Assembly: GCA_963664815.2 (NCBI GenBank)
Contig: CAXXHB010000002.1
Location: forward strand, 448,001-512,000
Source of the DNA: Spirochaetota bacterium
GTDB lineage: Bacteria; Spirochaetota; UBA4802; UBA5550
Length of the DNA: 64,000 bases
Direction of reading: 5' to 3'
In this document: positions 30,160 to 40,184 of the stretch, in pieces
Layout of the letters: the number at the start of each line of letters is the position of its first letter
How positions within the stretch are numbered: position 1 is the first letter of the stretch
Position numbers and translations under genes: made by a program
The notes under the pieces: model-generated
What the model was told of the DNA's origin: nothing
The model's input: the letters and a program-made list of their open reading frames with translations, nothing else
Database searches by the model: none

Positions 30160-30929
30160 TGAGTTGACATATTGATATTTTATTGATCTGTTCTATAACT
30201 CTGAATTAGTTAATTATTGATCTTTGAAAGTAATTTTTTTCTGTTATATACAGTGAAAAACCGTTTTCTCAGGATTGTATACGGGCAGATGTTGAAGAGG
30301 CAACAGAAACTACCAAAGCTAAAGAAGGTCTTGGATTCGCGGGTACACTCGAGGCTGTAATTAATGCCCGTAAGGATGTATTAACAATAGCATCCCTGGC
30401 AGAGAACAAGGCTTTAGCTGAAAAACTCGATAATGCACTTGATAAAGATGCGGCATCATTGGGAGAAGCGGTTAATAAGGTTTCTGAAACTGTTCAGAGC
30501 AGCGATGGAGTTAAGGATGATAAAATATCTCATGTAAATCTGTATCAGGGTGATAAAACAGATAACGCGATGAATGGATATGCAGCAGCATATGACCAGA
30601 ATAGTAATGAAACATATCTGAATACCGAAGGAACAGATATATCAAAGGGTGGTGATATTATTACATCACTCTTCTGGGAAGCCCAGAGGAAGGATAACAC
30701 TACTAATGGGCTGGACCTTGATGCAGGACAGCAGCTAATACTTGCATCTTCACGTGGAGAACAGGCGGGAAATTTATGGAACAGGTTTTCAGAAACAGCT
30801 TCAACAACTACAAATCATGATGCTGTAATTAACTGGAATACAGTCAATGCGGGTTCAGATACACTGATTAAGGGGAGTGCTAAAGCGAATGAACTTAATA
30901 CAGACGATGGGCATGGGGTTGTACCGAGA
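30061..30929 (+). repeat. ~870-bp direct repeat (partner 32219-33087): palindrome, leader and shared toxin N-terminal region
   Basis: Near identity at offset 2158 up to about 30838, then protein-level similarity up to GVV(P/A)R. Confidence 0.92.
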
Positions 30930-31484
30930 CCAATAACACCAGTTGATGTAAATAATGCAAGAGATATAGCGATAATGGAATCACCTAAAAAGGCATTAAC
31001 TCTTTTAACCGCAATAAAATTGGAAGGAAAAGAAGGAACCACAGAAGAGAAAGAGAATATGATGAATAAGATTGTAACTCATCCAAAAGCTGAAGAATTG
31101 TTAATGGAATTATTAAATAATGGTGAAACAAAAGGAGTTGATACAATTTATGAAACGATAAGTAGTACATTTGATAAAGGTAAACCGGATTTTGGTTCAT
31201 TTACAATTCAAAATGTGGATACATATGATTATCTTGTAACAAATAGAAATGAAGCACTCGAGGTAGTGAATTCGATTTTTGGACCAGATTATAACACTGC
31301 TGCAAGACTATACCCAAATGAAAAATATGATAGATATGGTGGGATACATATCGAAGCTGTAAAAATTGAAAATAATAGCACACAAGTTCAAATAGATATA
31401 GATCAATACCCACCGCAGGATATAATAAATTTACCAGCGCATTACTGGTATGATGTGTTGCAAAAGGGGAGTAAGGAAAAATAA
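30459..31484 (+). CDS. Orphan toxin tip 3 (unknown toxin domain)
   Basis: Shared N-terminal region (frame open from about 30240). Unique C-terminus ..GGIHIE...QIDIDQYPP...PAHYWYDVL. Confidence 0.7.
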   Translation: MGEAVNKVSETVQSSDGVKDDKISHVNLYQGDKTDNAMNGYAAAYDQNSNETYLNTEGTDISKGGDIITSLFWEAQRKDNTTNGLDLDAGQQLILASSRGEQAGNLWNRFSETASTTTNHDAVINWNTVNAGSDTLIKGSAKANELNTDDGHGVVPRPITPVDVNNARDIAIMESPKKALTLLTAIKLEGKEGTTEEKENMMNKIVTHPKAEELLMELLNNGETKGVDTIYETISSTFDKGKPDFGSFTIQNVDTYDYLVTNRNEALEVVNSIFGPDYNTAARLYPNEKYDRYGGIHIEAVKIENNSTQVQIDIDQYPPQDIINLPAHYWYDVLQKGSKEK

Positions 31485-31490
31485 GATTAA

Positions 31491-32168
31491 ATGAAAAATC
31501 CTGTAAAAAAAATTAAGAAAGTAATAATTACATTTTTGGTTCTTTTTTCAATTATATTTGTGGGGGTATTTGCTTTCTCAATAATAGGTGTATATGTATT
31601 ACAGCCTCATTATGATTATGTTTATTATGTTGATGAAAGAGAAAAGGACTCAATATCTGTTTCTCTAGATGAAATATCTAAAGCAGCAATTTGGTTTGAA
31701 TATTTAGAAGATTTTTCAAGTATCGGGTCAGCGGCTGTTCCAAAAGAAATTGATGGAATGGTATATACGCAGATATTAATAATGGATATAATCCCACAAA
31801 TACATATAAAAGATTGCCGTGTGGAAATAAGAGATATAAAAAATCAAATCATACCGCATAAGTCAGTAGTAATTCGAGATAAAACTTATTATAAGAATAA
31901 ATACAATGAGTATATAAAATATAATAATATAGATGAATATATTAAAACAAAGCCGGTAATAGATACAGAACACACAAATTATGCGATATATTATACATAT
32001 CTTCATAAAAATTTGAAAGATGTAAATGAAGCTATGCTTAACATAAAATTTAAATATGAGATAGATGGTAAAATATACGAGCAGAAAATTAATAAAAAGA
32101 TTTATCGGAGAGTTAAAAATATTCAGCTTGAAAGTGGGGTCGGTATACCTGATAAAGTTGAGGAATGA
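31491..32168 (+). CDS. Putative immunity protein for tip 3 (N-terminal TM anchor)
   Basis: Directly downstream of tip 3; AT-rich; paralog of 29400-29996. Confidence 0.7.
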   Translation: MKNPVKKIKKVIITFLVLFSIIFVGVFAFSIIGVYVLQPHYDYVYYVDEREKDSISVSLDEISKAAIWFEYLEDFSSIGSAAVPKEIDGMVYTQILIMDIIPQIHIKDCRVEIRDIKNQIIPHKSVVIRDKTYYKNKYNEYIKYNNIDEYIKTKPVIDTEHTNYAIYYTYLHKNLKDVNEAMLNIKFKYEIDGKIYEQKINKKIYRRVKNIQLESGVGIPDKVEE

Positions 32169-32218
32169 ATAAGTCCTATACAATAGCTCAGTTCACTTTC
32201 ACAGAAATTCCCCATATT

Positions 32219-32317
32219 GCATAATTGAGTAGCTAGACCGACATCGCCGGGGCTGGATTAAGTTTCTGATACATGAGTCCGGCGATGTGCGTAGCGAACG
32301 TCTAGCGACAATTATGT
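32219..32317. repeat. attC-like bulged palindrome, copy C
   Basis: Identical to copy B. Confidence 0.75.
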
Positions 32318-32616
32318 TGAGTTGACATATTGATATTTTATTGATCTGTTCTATAATTCTGAATCAGTTAATTATTGATCTTTGAAAGTAATTTTTTTAT
32401 ATTATATACAGTGAAAAACCGTTTTCTCAGGATTGTATACGGGCAGATGTTGAAGAGGCAACAGAAACTACCAAAGCTAAAGAAGGTCTTGGATTCGCGG
32501 GTACACTCGAGGCTGTAATTAATGCCCGTAAGGATGTATTAACAATAGCAGCCCTGGCAGAGAACAAGGCTTTAGCTGAAAAACTCGATAATGCACTTGA
32601 TAAAGATGCGGCATCA

Positions 32617-33864
32617 TTGGGAGAAGCGGTTAATAAGGTTTCTGAAACTGTTCAGAGCAGCGATGGAGTTAAGGATGATAAAATATCTCATGTAAATCTG
32701 TATCAGGGTGATAAAACAGATAACGCGATGAATGGATATGCAGCAGCATATGACCAGAATAGTAATGAAACATATCTGAATACCGAAGGAACAGATATAT
32801 CAAAGGGTGGAGATATTATTACATCACTCTTCTGGGAAGCCCAGAGGAAGGATAACACTACTAATGGGCTGGACCTTGATGCAGGACAGCAGCTAATACT
32901 TGCATCTTCACGTGGAGAACAGGCGGGAAATTTATGGAACAGGTTTTCGGATACTGCTTCAATAACTACAAATCATGATGCTGTAATTAACTGGAATAAT
33001 GCGAATGCTGAATCAGATACACTGGTTAAGGGTAGCGAAAAGGCGAAAGAACTTGATACAAGTGAAGATGGTGGAGTAGTAGCGAGATCAAAACCAATGA
33101 TTTATAAAAAGACTTATCAGGAATATGATAAAAAAGTTACTATTGTAGTTACAGCTGAACGTGTAGATAAAGGTGACACGTTAGTTAATGATTTTATTGA
33201 AACTGACATGAAAGCTATATCAAAAGCCGGTGAGAAAACTGATTTTGAAAAAGTAAAGGCAATGTATTTAGAACGTAACCCTGATCTTGCTAATAACCCT
33301 GATAGTCTAAAAGAAGGGCAGATACTTATAACAGATGTTCGGATGTCAAAAGAAACTAATAAAACAATAATACCAATGGGTGATGTACTTATAAATGGAG
33401 GAGTGGATGCGACTCTTTCAATTGTACACACACTCGGTGAAGAAGTTTCATTAAATAAATATACACATTATTCGTTAGAAATAGATAATGAGAATCCGTT
33501 AAATTCATCATTTAATATAGAAACTACTCTCTTTCCAACTGTAACATATAAATCCGAAGTAGTAGGAGGTGGTTATAATTTTTCTAATAATGTTGGCATA
33601 AGTTATGGAAGATTTGAAAAAACTGAAGAAGGGTTAAACACATTTCTTGGTTCTTCAGAACAAGCAACTATTTCAATACCAGGTTTTAGCCTTTCATTAG
33701 GGAAAAGCAATCCAAGCGAAAATGGAAATTATTGGACATCAGGTTCAACAGGTATAAACCTTATTCCGGGTGCTTTAGTGAATTGGGGAGAAACCAATAC
33801 AAAACCATTTAAAATAATTAAACCTGTGACGGAAAAGAAAACATATTCACTTACGGGCGAATAA
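32617..33864 (+). CDS. Orphan toxin tip 4 (LysM-like segment plus glycine-rich C-terminus)
   Basis: Shared N-terminal region with tip 3, then V.KGDTL...NP.L..NPD.L..GQ.L and a Gly-rich beta-type C-terminus. Confidence 0.7.
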   Translation: MGEAVNKVSETVQSSDGVKDDKISHVNLYQGDKTDNAMNGYAAAYDQNSNETYLNTEGTDISKGGDIITSLFWEAQRKDNTTNGLDLDAGQQLILASSRGEQAGNLWNRFSDTASITTNHDAVINWNNANAESDTLVKGSEKAKELDTSEDGGVVARSKPMIYKKTYQEYDKKVTIVVTAERVDKGDTLVNDFIETDMKAISKAGEKTDFEKVKAMYLERNPDLANNPDSLKEGQILITDVRMSKETNKTIIPMGDVLINGGVDATLSIVHTLGEEVSLNKYTHYSLEIDNENPLNSSFNIETTLFPTVTYKSEVVGGGYNFSNNVGISYGRFEKTEEGLNTFLGSSEQATISIPGFSLSLGKSNPSENGNYWTSGSTGINLIPGALVNWGETNTKPFKIIKPVTEKKTYSLTGE

Positions 33865-34460
33865 TGAAAATAAAAATTAGTGATATTCGGCTCCTTTTTG
33901 GATTAGTACTTCTCTTGATTTGTTTTTATTTTTATTTAATATCACCTTCCAAAAAAGAAGTGCAACAAAAGCAGGCTGTAATGTTACAGAATATTGTAAA
34001 CAGAGATGTAGATGAATTATCAATTGTAATAGATGTTCATAGTAAATATTCATATTTAAAGATTAAAGATAAAAAAATAATCAAAGAATTTATGGATGCA
34101 TTAAAAAACGATTCTTGTTTTCAATTCTCAATGACAGGTCAATACAACAGTGAATATGTATTGACATTACATAGCAAAAGTAATAGCGATTTGATTAAAT
34201 TAAGCAGTGACACTTTTAATAATAGTGTAAAAAGTGATTCAGTAAAGGTGACACTCTTTGAAGTTAAAAATATAGATATATTTGACCTTTATTATAAATC
34301 TATAATGGAAGGTGAAAATTTCTTTAGCCTTTTTATGGTGTACTATGGTTACGGTGAATATTATTATGAAAATTACAAATTATATAATATAATCGACAAG
34401 TATATTAAAGATAAAGGAACAGTATATAATCATTCTACGATACTGTGGGTGCGAAAATAA
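33864..34460 (+). CDS. Putative immunity protein for tip 4 (N-terminal TM)
   Basis: TAATG overlap with the toxin; AT-rich. Confidence 0.65.
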   Translation: MKIKISDIRLLFGLVLLLICFYFYLISPSKKEVQQKQAVMLQNIVNRDVDELSIVIDVHSKYSYLKIKDKKIIKEFMDALKNDSCFQFSMTGQYNSEYVLTLHSKSNSDLIKLSSDTFNNSVKSDSVKVTLFEVKNIDIFDLYYKSIMEGENFFSLFMVYYGYGEYYYENYKLYNIIDKYIKDKGTVYNHSTILWVRK

Positions 34461-34507
34461 ATTCGGTATAAAAGCTCAGTTCACTATAATAACAAGTTCC
34501 CCATGTT

Positions 34508-34608
34508 GTAATAATTGCATAGTTTGATGACATCAACAGTGACTGGATAGAGTTTCTGATACATTGAATCGTCGATGTACGAAAGTGAACGATCAGTAAT
34601 AATTATGC
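34508..34608. repeat. attC-like bulged palindrome, copy D (diverged)
   Basis: ATAATTG...GACATCAAC..GACTGGATAGAGTTTCTGATACAT..GTCGATGT..GAAC...AATTATGC; shares its loop sequence with copies B and C. Confidence 0.6.
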
Positions 34609-34950
34609 GATATGAATATATAGAAAAAGATTTTCATTTGTTTTCAGTTAATTGTATTGTTCAAACGACTTAATTTTACTTAAGTTCTCTGTTATGAATT
34701 ATCAGCAGTAATTCCAGTTCCTTGAAAACCAACAATATAACAGCACACCGCGTGAGGGATTGCAGCGATATAAAACGGCAATCAATAAAGAGTAAATAGA
34801 AATCAACAGATTGGCCGTTTTATACAAGCAGAAAGCCCGGCCCTGACGAATGTGAAATAAACATTTCATATATAATAAAAAATATTAACAACATGTAGGG
34901 GCGTAAAACATTACGCCAAATGATATTCAAGATCGTCAGTGTCACGTCCA

Positions 34951-35156
34951 TAAACTACGGCTACACAGACAACAGAGGGCAGACAGACAAGCCTGGCCAC
35001 AATAGGAGCAGGAACAATAACCAAACCGGAAACATCGGCAGAAGGACTTGTCAACAGAGATGTAACAATATCACAATACAAACATACAGCGGAGGACTGA
35101 AAGGCGGAGTTACGGTAGATACGGCAACAGTAGTGTTGGCAACAGACAGGGAAAAG
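34951..35156 (+). pseudogene. Frameshifted relic of the cdiA-like segment at about 22059-22261
   Basis: TAAACTACGGCTACACAGACAACAGA...GACAGGGAAAAG matches the exoprotein gene with several small indels. Confidence 0.85.
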
Positions 35157-35255
35157 TGCTGACCGTGGGAAGCATAATTTTTTAATCAGTTCATTTAAAG
35201 AAAAGTTCCTTCTTTTTGAGGGTGTCTGTTTTTTTTGTAAGCAATTAAAACATTA

Positions 35256-36893
35256 TCATACTTTGAATTTAGAAATAATCAGCTGAAGTTCTTCTCCCGT
35301 TTTTGCCAGCGATGTAGCTGAATTAAAAGTTTTATCCATAAAAGACATCTGGGTATCAGCTACAGACCGGATCTTATTGGTCGCTGCTGTTGCACCATCA
35401 GACATTTTTGTAATCACGGAAAAGGATTTAACAACTCTTTCAGCGCCGTTTGCCATATTGTGAGTTGCAGATGAAACCTCATTAATTTTATTTACTACTC
35501 CATCAACAGAAACCTGGATCTGGCCGAATGAATCTCCGGCAATATTTACCATTTTAATTCCTTCAAGAACTTCTTTCCGGACAGACTCCATTGAATCCAT
35601 AACCTTATCGGTTTCAATCTGAATAGTTTTAATAAGTTTTGATATTTGAGAAGCTGACTGGGCTGACTGTTCTGCCAGTTTACCGACTTCGTCTGCAACA
35701 ACACCGAAACCGCGGCCATGTTCTCCAGCTCTTGCGGATTCAATAGCGGCATTCAGTGCAAGAAGATTGGTCTGTTCGGCAATGCCGGTTATTACCTCAA
35801 TTATCTGTCCAATTTCCCCGGATCTGTCTCCAAGCTCTTTTAGCCCATGTGCCAGTCCGTTGATTGTCTGATTAATAGAATTCATCTGTTGAATAACCTT
35901 CTGAATCGCATCATTTCCCTGAATAGCTTTACGTAAAGTCTCATCGGATGTTGAAGTCATTGCCTGGGCGTGCATATCAACCTGTTGTACATCTGTAAGC
36001 ATCTTGTTTATATCTGCAGAATTGCTTTCTATTATACCAATCTGTTCAGTAATTCCAATTGCAACCTGTTTGAGAATTTCAACAATTTTTCCGCTTGCCT
36101 TACTGGTTTCACCTGCATGACCAATCAACTCTTCTGATGAATTTGCAACCATGGTTGTATTAGATCCTACCTCTCTTATGAGATCACGCAGGTTTTCAGC
36201 CATTTCATTAAATTTTTTACCAAGCTCACCAATTTCATCATCAGTAGTAGCAGAGATCTCACATGTCAAATCGCCTCCTGCCATAATATCCATCTGACTT
36301 TTTATGGCAGCAATAGGGCGCGATAAAATACGTATTATGATAAATCGGCTGCATATGACACTTAAAAGAATCATAGTCATACTGACGATAACAATCTTTA
36401 ATAACAGCTGCCTTATAGGGACTATCTCCTGAGCAAAAGAGAGTTTTAATCCTGCAACATAGACAACTTTATCGTTTATATGCAGTGGAGCTGTAACATC
36501 AATAATACTCTCCTCTTCCTCGATAATTGGAACAATCTTATTTTCCTTGGCAGCCTCAAGATCTTCAGGGTCTGCTTCCTTCCCTATAAGATCGGGAGAG
36601 GTAGAAGCAATACATACGGGATGATCAGTAAGATTATAAATGTTAAATTCTTCTATGTCCGGTATATTTTTTTTCAGACGAACCAGGTCATTCTGAATAT
36701 CTTCGTTGTTTACTGTATCACTGATACTGGCATCAAATGTTGCGATGGTTTTTATAGCCTCATCTCTGACGGTATTAATAACCAGAATTCGGCTGTCATG
36801 ATAGATCATAAATGCACAAACGGTTATGATCATTACCAATATGGAATTGGAAGCAATAATTGTTTTACGAAATAAACTAATCGATTTTTTCAT
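35256..36893 (-). CDS. Methyl-accepting chemotaxis protein
   Basis: TM-sensor-TM-HAMP followed by [26 protein letters not shown]. Confidence 0.95.
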   Translation of the reverse strand: MKKSISLFRKTIIASNSILVMIITVCAFMIYHDSRILVINTVRDEAIKTIATFDASISDTVNNEDIQNDLVRLKKNIPDIEEFNIYNLTDHPVCIASTSPDLIGKEADPEDLEAAKENKIVPIIEEEESIIDVTAPLHINDKVVYVAGLKLSFAQEIVPIRQLLLKIVIVSMTMILLSVICSRFIIIRILSRPIAAIKSQMDIMAGGDLTCEISATTDDEIGELGKKFNEMAENLRDLIREVGSNTTMVANSSEELIGHAGETSKASGKIVEILKQVAIGITEQIGIIESNSADINKMLTDVQQVDMHAQAMTSTSDETLRKAIQGNDAIQKVIQQMNSINQTINGLAHGLKELGDRSGEIGQIIEVITGIAEQTNLLALNAAIESARAGEHGRGFGVVADEVGKLAEQSAQSASQISKLIKTIQIETDKVMDSMESVRKEVLEGIKMVNIAGDSFGQIQVSVDGVVNKINEVSSATHNMANGAERVVKSFSVITKMSDGATAATNKIRSVADTQMSFMDKTFNSATSLAKTGEELQLIISKFKV

Positions 36894-37121
36894 AAGCGCC
36901 TCATTGTGGTAAGTATAACAGGAAGGTAATTATAAAAAAAGTAATTGTCAACAGGATTGGTTTATTATGTTAAAAGACGTAGCATCCTGTGCAAGCATTG
37001 GTATTTACCGTTTATACATCAGAGGGAACAATATGATTATTCGAAAAATTAATTTTTCCCATGAAATTCGATAACTGGAATAAAGAATTGCAGAAAGGAA
37101 AAGACGTTTCGGATAAAACCG

Positions 37122-39581
37122 TCAGCTTGTTTTAAAGAATTCCAGCAGGTTCTTCATATTCTCTGCCTGGGCGCTTATCTGTTCTGCCGACGAAGCAATC
37201 TCCTCCGCACCTGCTGCCTGGGCCTGGGTTTGCTCATTTATCTGGTCCATGGTTCTGGATATTTCCGTATGGGTAATCGTCTGTTCATTTGTTGAAGTGG
37301 AAATACTGTCAGACATCTCCATAACCTGCTTTGTGGCGGCTACAACCTGTTTGCTTGATTTTTCCTGAGAATCTGATGAATTGGCGATTTTCTGAACAAG
37401 TTCTTTTGTATGAGTGATATAGTTTATGATCTTTTCAAGAGCTAGTGATGTCTCTCCTATATCGAGTATTCCCTGTTTTGCTGATTTTACCCCGTTGGAA
37501 ACAAGACCTGTAATACTTTTTGCTGATTCTGCAGTCTGCTCGGCGAGTTTTCCTATTTCATCTGCAACAACGGCGAAACCGCGACCATGTTCACCGGCGC
37601 GGGCTGCCTCTATAGCTGCGTTAAGAGCAAGGAGGTTGACTTTATCAGATATATCACTGATAAGAGTTACCATCTCTGCTATTTTAAGAGAATTCTGTTC
37701 AATGCTGTTAATCCCCTTTGTTGTGTTCTGCATAAGAAGATTTCCTTTACGTGCTTCATCAGCTGTTTCATTCGCGACGTTCAGAGCACCTATGGCATCG
37801 TCATTTACAGTTTTTATAATTGAACTAAGCTCTTCCATAGATTTATAGGTATTTTTTGAATGATCAGACTGGGCTTTTGCGCTGTTGGCGATTGATTCAT
37901 TTGATGCTGATATTTCTTCGAGTGATGCAGTGGCCTCTTCAACCGAAGCTGCCTGTGATTGTGCACTGTCGGAAAGAGCCGAACTGGTGGTGGCAAGTTC
38001 TTCAGCTGATGATGCGAGTTGGGTCGAAGCATTAAATGCCGAATCAACAACCTCTTTAATCTTATCCTGAAAATTTTTCATGTTCCTGATCATATCGCCG
38101 AATTCATCAGGGAGGTAATCGGTGGTTCTCGCTGTAAGATCCCCTTTTGAGAGAGCACTAAATACCTTCACTGTATTACGTATTGGAGTGGAAAAACTCT
38201 CACCCGATTTATAAACAATAACAGACACAATGATTGTGAGAAAGATCACTGCCAGAATAATTTTAATTACAACGCTGTTCACCGGTTTCATAAGAAATTC
38301 CTCGTAACTTACTGAAACAAGAAAGTGACCGGTTGATTGAAGTTTTGCTTTCCTGAGAAAAAGAGGTTTATTATTAATTATATATGCATGAAAATCTGTA
38401 TCGTTATTTTTTACAAATAGAGTAATATCTCTTCCTTTTTTATCAAGGAGATCAACTCCTACTACTTTGTTAAGAAGTCTGGCCTCTGGATGATATATTA
38501 TTTCACCAAGTCTGTTCATAATTAAAAATTTAGTCTCATCAGTTGTACTGGCATTTTTCACAATCTCGGTAATCCTGTCAGAATTAATTGTAGCACCTAT
38601 TGCGCCTTCTATTTGACCATTTTTTATATATGGTACAATACATACAATTATTTTGTTACCTGTATCCCTGCTTATAATAAGATCTGACCACTGCTGGGAT
38701 TTTTGTACGAACATTCTTTTAAAATAGTCCCTGTCAGAAATATTTATTGCTTTGCCATTATTTGTGTAACCCTCACCATTGGTCTTTGCCAGAAACAATG
38801 TCTCTATATCTTTATTAATCCTTGTGGCATAAAGTTTTCTCGACGTTGCAAGCGCATCAGATGGTGAAATTCTGCCGGCATCTACAATATTCATATATGA
38901 ATAAAGCTCAGTAGTTATATTGCTGAATGTACGATCAAGAGCAATCGATGCAGCTTCAGTCTGGAGGATTGTGTTTTTCTTATAATTTTCAACGGTCTTG
39001 TCTGCATTCATTGAATATACAGCAAATGCAGTATATAGAAGTATCAAAGTAAGAATGCTGAGAATCGGCGCAAGCAGTTTTTCAAATATTGATAAAGACC
39101 TGATGTTCAGAGCGCTGGTGACGGGGTACAGGATCATCCGGAACCTGTAGTAGTGAAAAAGGGTAAGACTACCTGATACAAGAAGGTCTTTAACATAAAA
39201 AAGGGCAAGCTGTTGATGAGTAACAATCAACCCCTGTAAGTAGGTTAAAGTTGAGAGTATAATGGCTGTAATTGTTATTGGTACAAAGAAAAGGATAGAT
39301 GCTTTAACAGATGCTCTCCTTGCAAATTTTACAGACTCTTCATCACTGGATTCATTGTCAATCATCTCCTGGATTCTGTTTGTCATAAAGTGATAGATGT
39401 AAATTATTACAGTTATAATTATAAGACAGATAAACAGGGTAAAAAAAACAGACTTTAATGCAGCTAATGTCTTCACTCTAAAAACTAATAACATCAAGTT
39501 GAGTACCGGAACCGAAGCAAGAATTAAGCCGAAGTTCCACAGTAACTGTTTTTTTACATTTGATAGATTGCTCGTATTCAT
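37122..39581 (-). CDS. Methyl-accepting chemotaxis protein (multi-TM N-terminus plus Cache-like domain)
   Basis: ISDRDYF Cache signature, [29 protein letters not shown]. Confidence 0.93.
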   Translation of the reverse strand: MNTSNLSNVKKQLLWNFGLILASVPVLNLMLLVFRVKTLAALKSVFFTLFICLIIITVIIYIYHFMTNRIQEMIDNESSDEESVKFARRASVKASILFFVPITITAIILSTLTYLQGLIVTHQQLALFYVKDLLVSGSLTLFHYYRFRMILYPVTSALNIRSLSIFEKLLAPILSILTLILLYTAFAVYSMNADKTVENYKKNTILQTEAASIALDRTFSNITTELYSYMNIVDAGRISPSDALATSRKLYATRINKDIETLFLAKTNGEGYTNNGKAINISDRDYFKRMFVQKSQQWSDLIISRDTGNKIIVCIVPYIKNGQIEGAIGATINSDRITEIVKNASTTDETKFLIMNRLGEIIYHPEARLLNKVVGVDLLDKKGRDITLFVKNNDTDFHAYIINNKPLFLRKAKLQSTGHFLVSVSYEEFLMKPVNSVVIKIILAVIFLTIIVSVIVYKSGESFSTPIRNTVKVFSALSKGDLTARTTDYLPDEFGDMIRNMKNFQDKIKEVVDSAFNASTQLASSAEELATTSSALSDSAQSQAASVEEATASLEEISASNESIANSAKAQSDHSKNTYKSMEELSSIIKTVNDDAIGALNVANETADEARKGNLLMQNTTKGINSIEQNSLKIAEMVTLISDISDKVNLLALNAAIEAARAGEHGRGFAVVADEIGKLAEQTAESAKSITGLVSNGVKSAKQGILDIGETSLALEKIINYITHTKELVQKIANSSDSQEKSSKQVVAATKQVMEMSDSISTSTNEQTITHTEISRTMDQINEQTQAQAAGAEEIASSAEQISAQAENMKNLLEFFKTS

Positions 39582-39869
39582 TTTTTCTCCAGATTTGCAG
39601 ATGTTTGTTCTTTTTATTTTATATTAAGGCTTAAATGATAAATAATTTAATTAAATGAAATAGGGATTTATGTTCTGTCAAGAATGATATTCAAAACCGC
39701 TTTTTGAATAACAACAATTATTAGACTATGATGCGGAGATTTTTGTGAATTTGTAATGTTAAAGTGTTTTTAATGAGACTATATTGTATATAATAGAACA
39801 GTTATACTCTTCCGGTTAAAATCAGGAGTAAAATTAAAGCCAAATATTGCATATAATATTCAGGAATAA

Positions 39870-40067
39870 TATACTTTTTCTCCTGATCATTCAGCACTAT
39901 TAAACTCGTCTATAGGAGATATTAAAGGGAGATGGGATATTAATGCAGACAATCTTATCCTCACGGACGACAAGCCTGCGGAAACTCATGTTATAGTCAA
40001 AATTGAGAAAGACAAAATCATAATTAAACGCAATAGACAGAATGAAATTACCCGGATAAGAAAATAA
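39870..40067 (+). pseudogene. Possible gene remnant (beta-rich, lipocalin-like pattern)
   Basis: Start-less frame YTFSPDHSALLNSSIGDIKGRWDINADNLILTD...KIIIKR* preceded by an in-frame TAA. Confidence 0.35.
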
Positions 40068-40184
40068 ATTTTAACATTTTTAAGCTTAATATAATAAAAA
40101 ACTGTTTCAGAATTATAATCTTAACCGAGCTTTTTATGCATTGCTTCTGTTTACGGCTTAGATTCAATTGTTGATAAAAGTATG

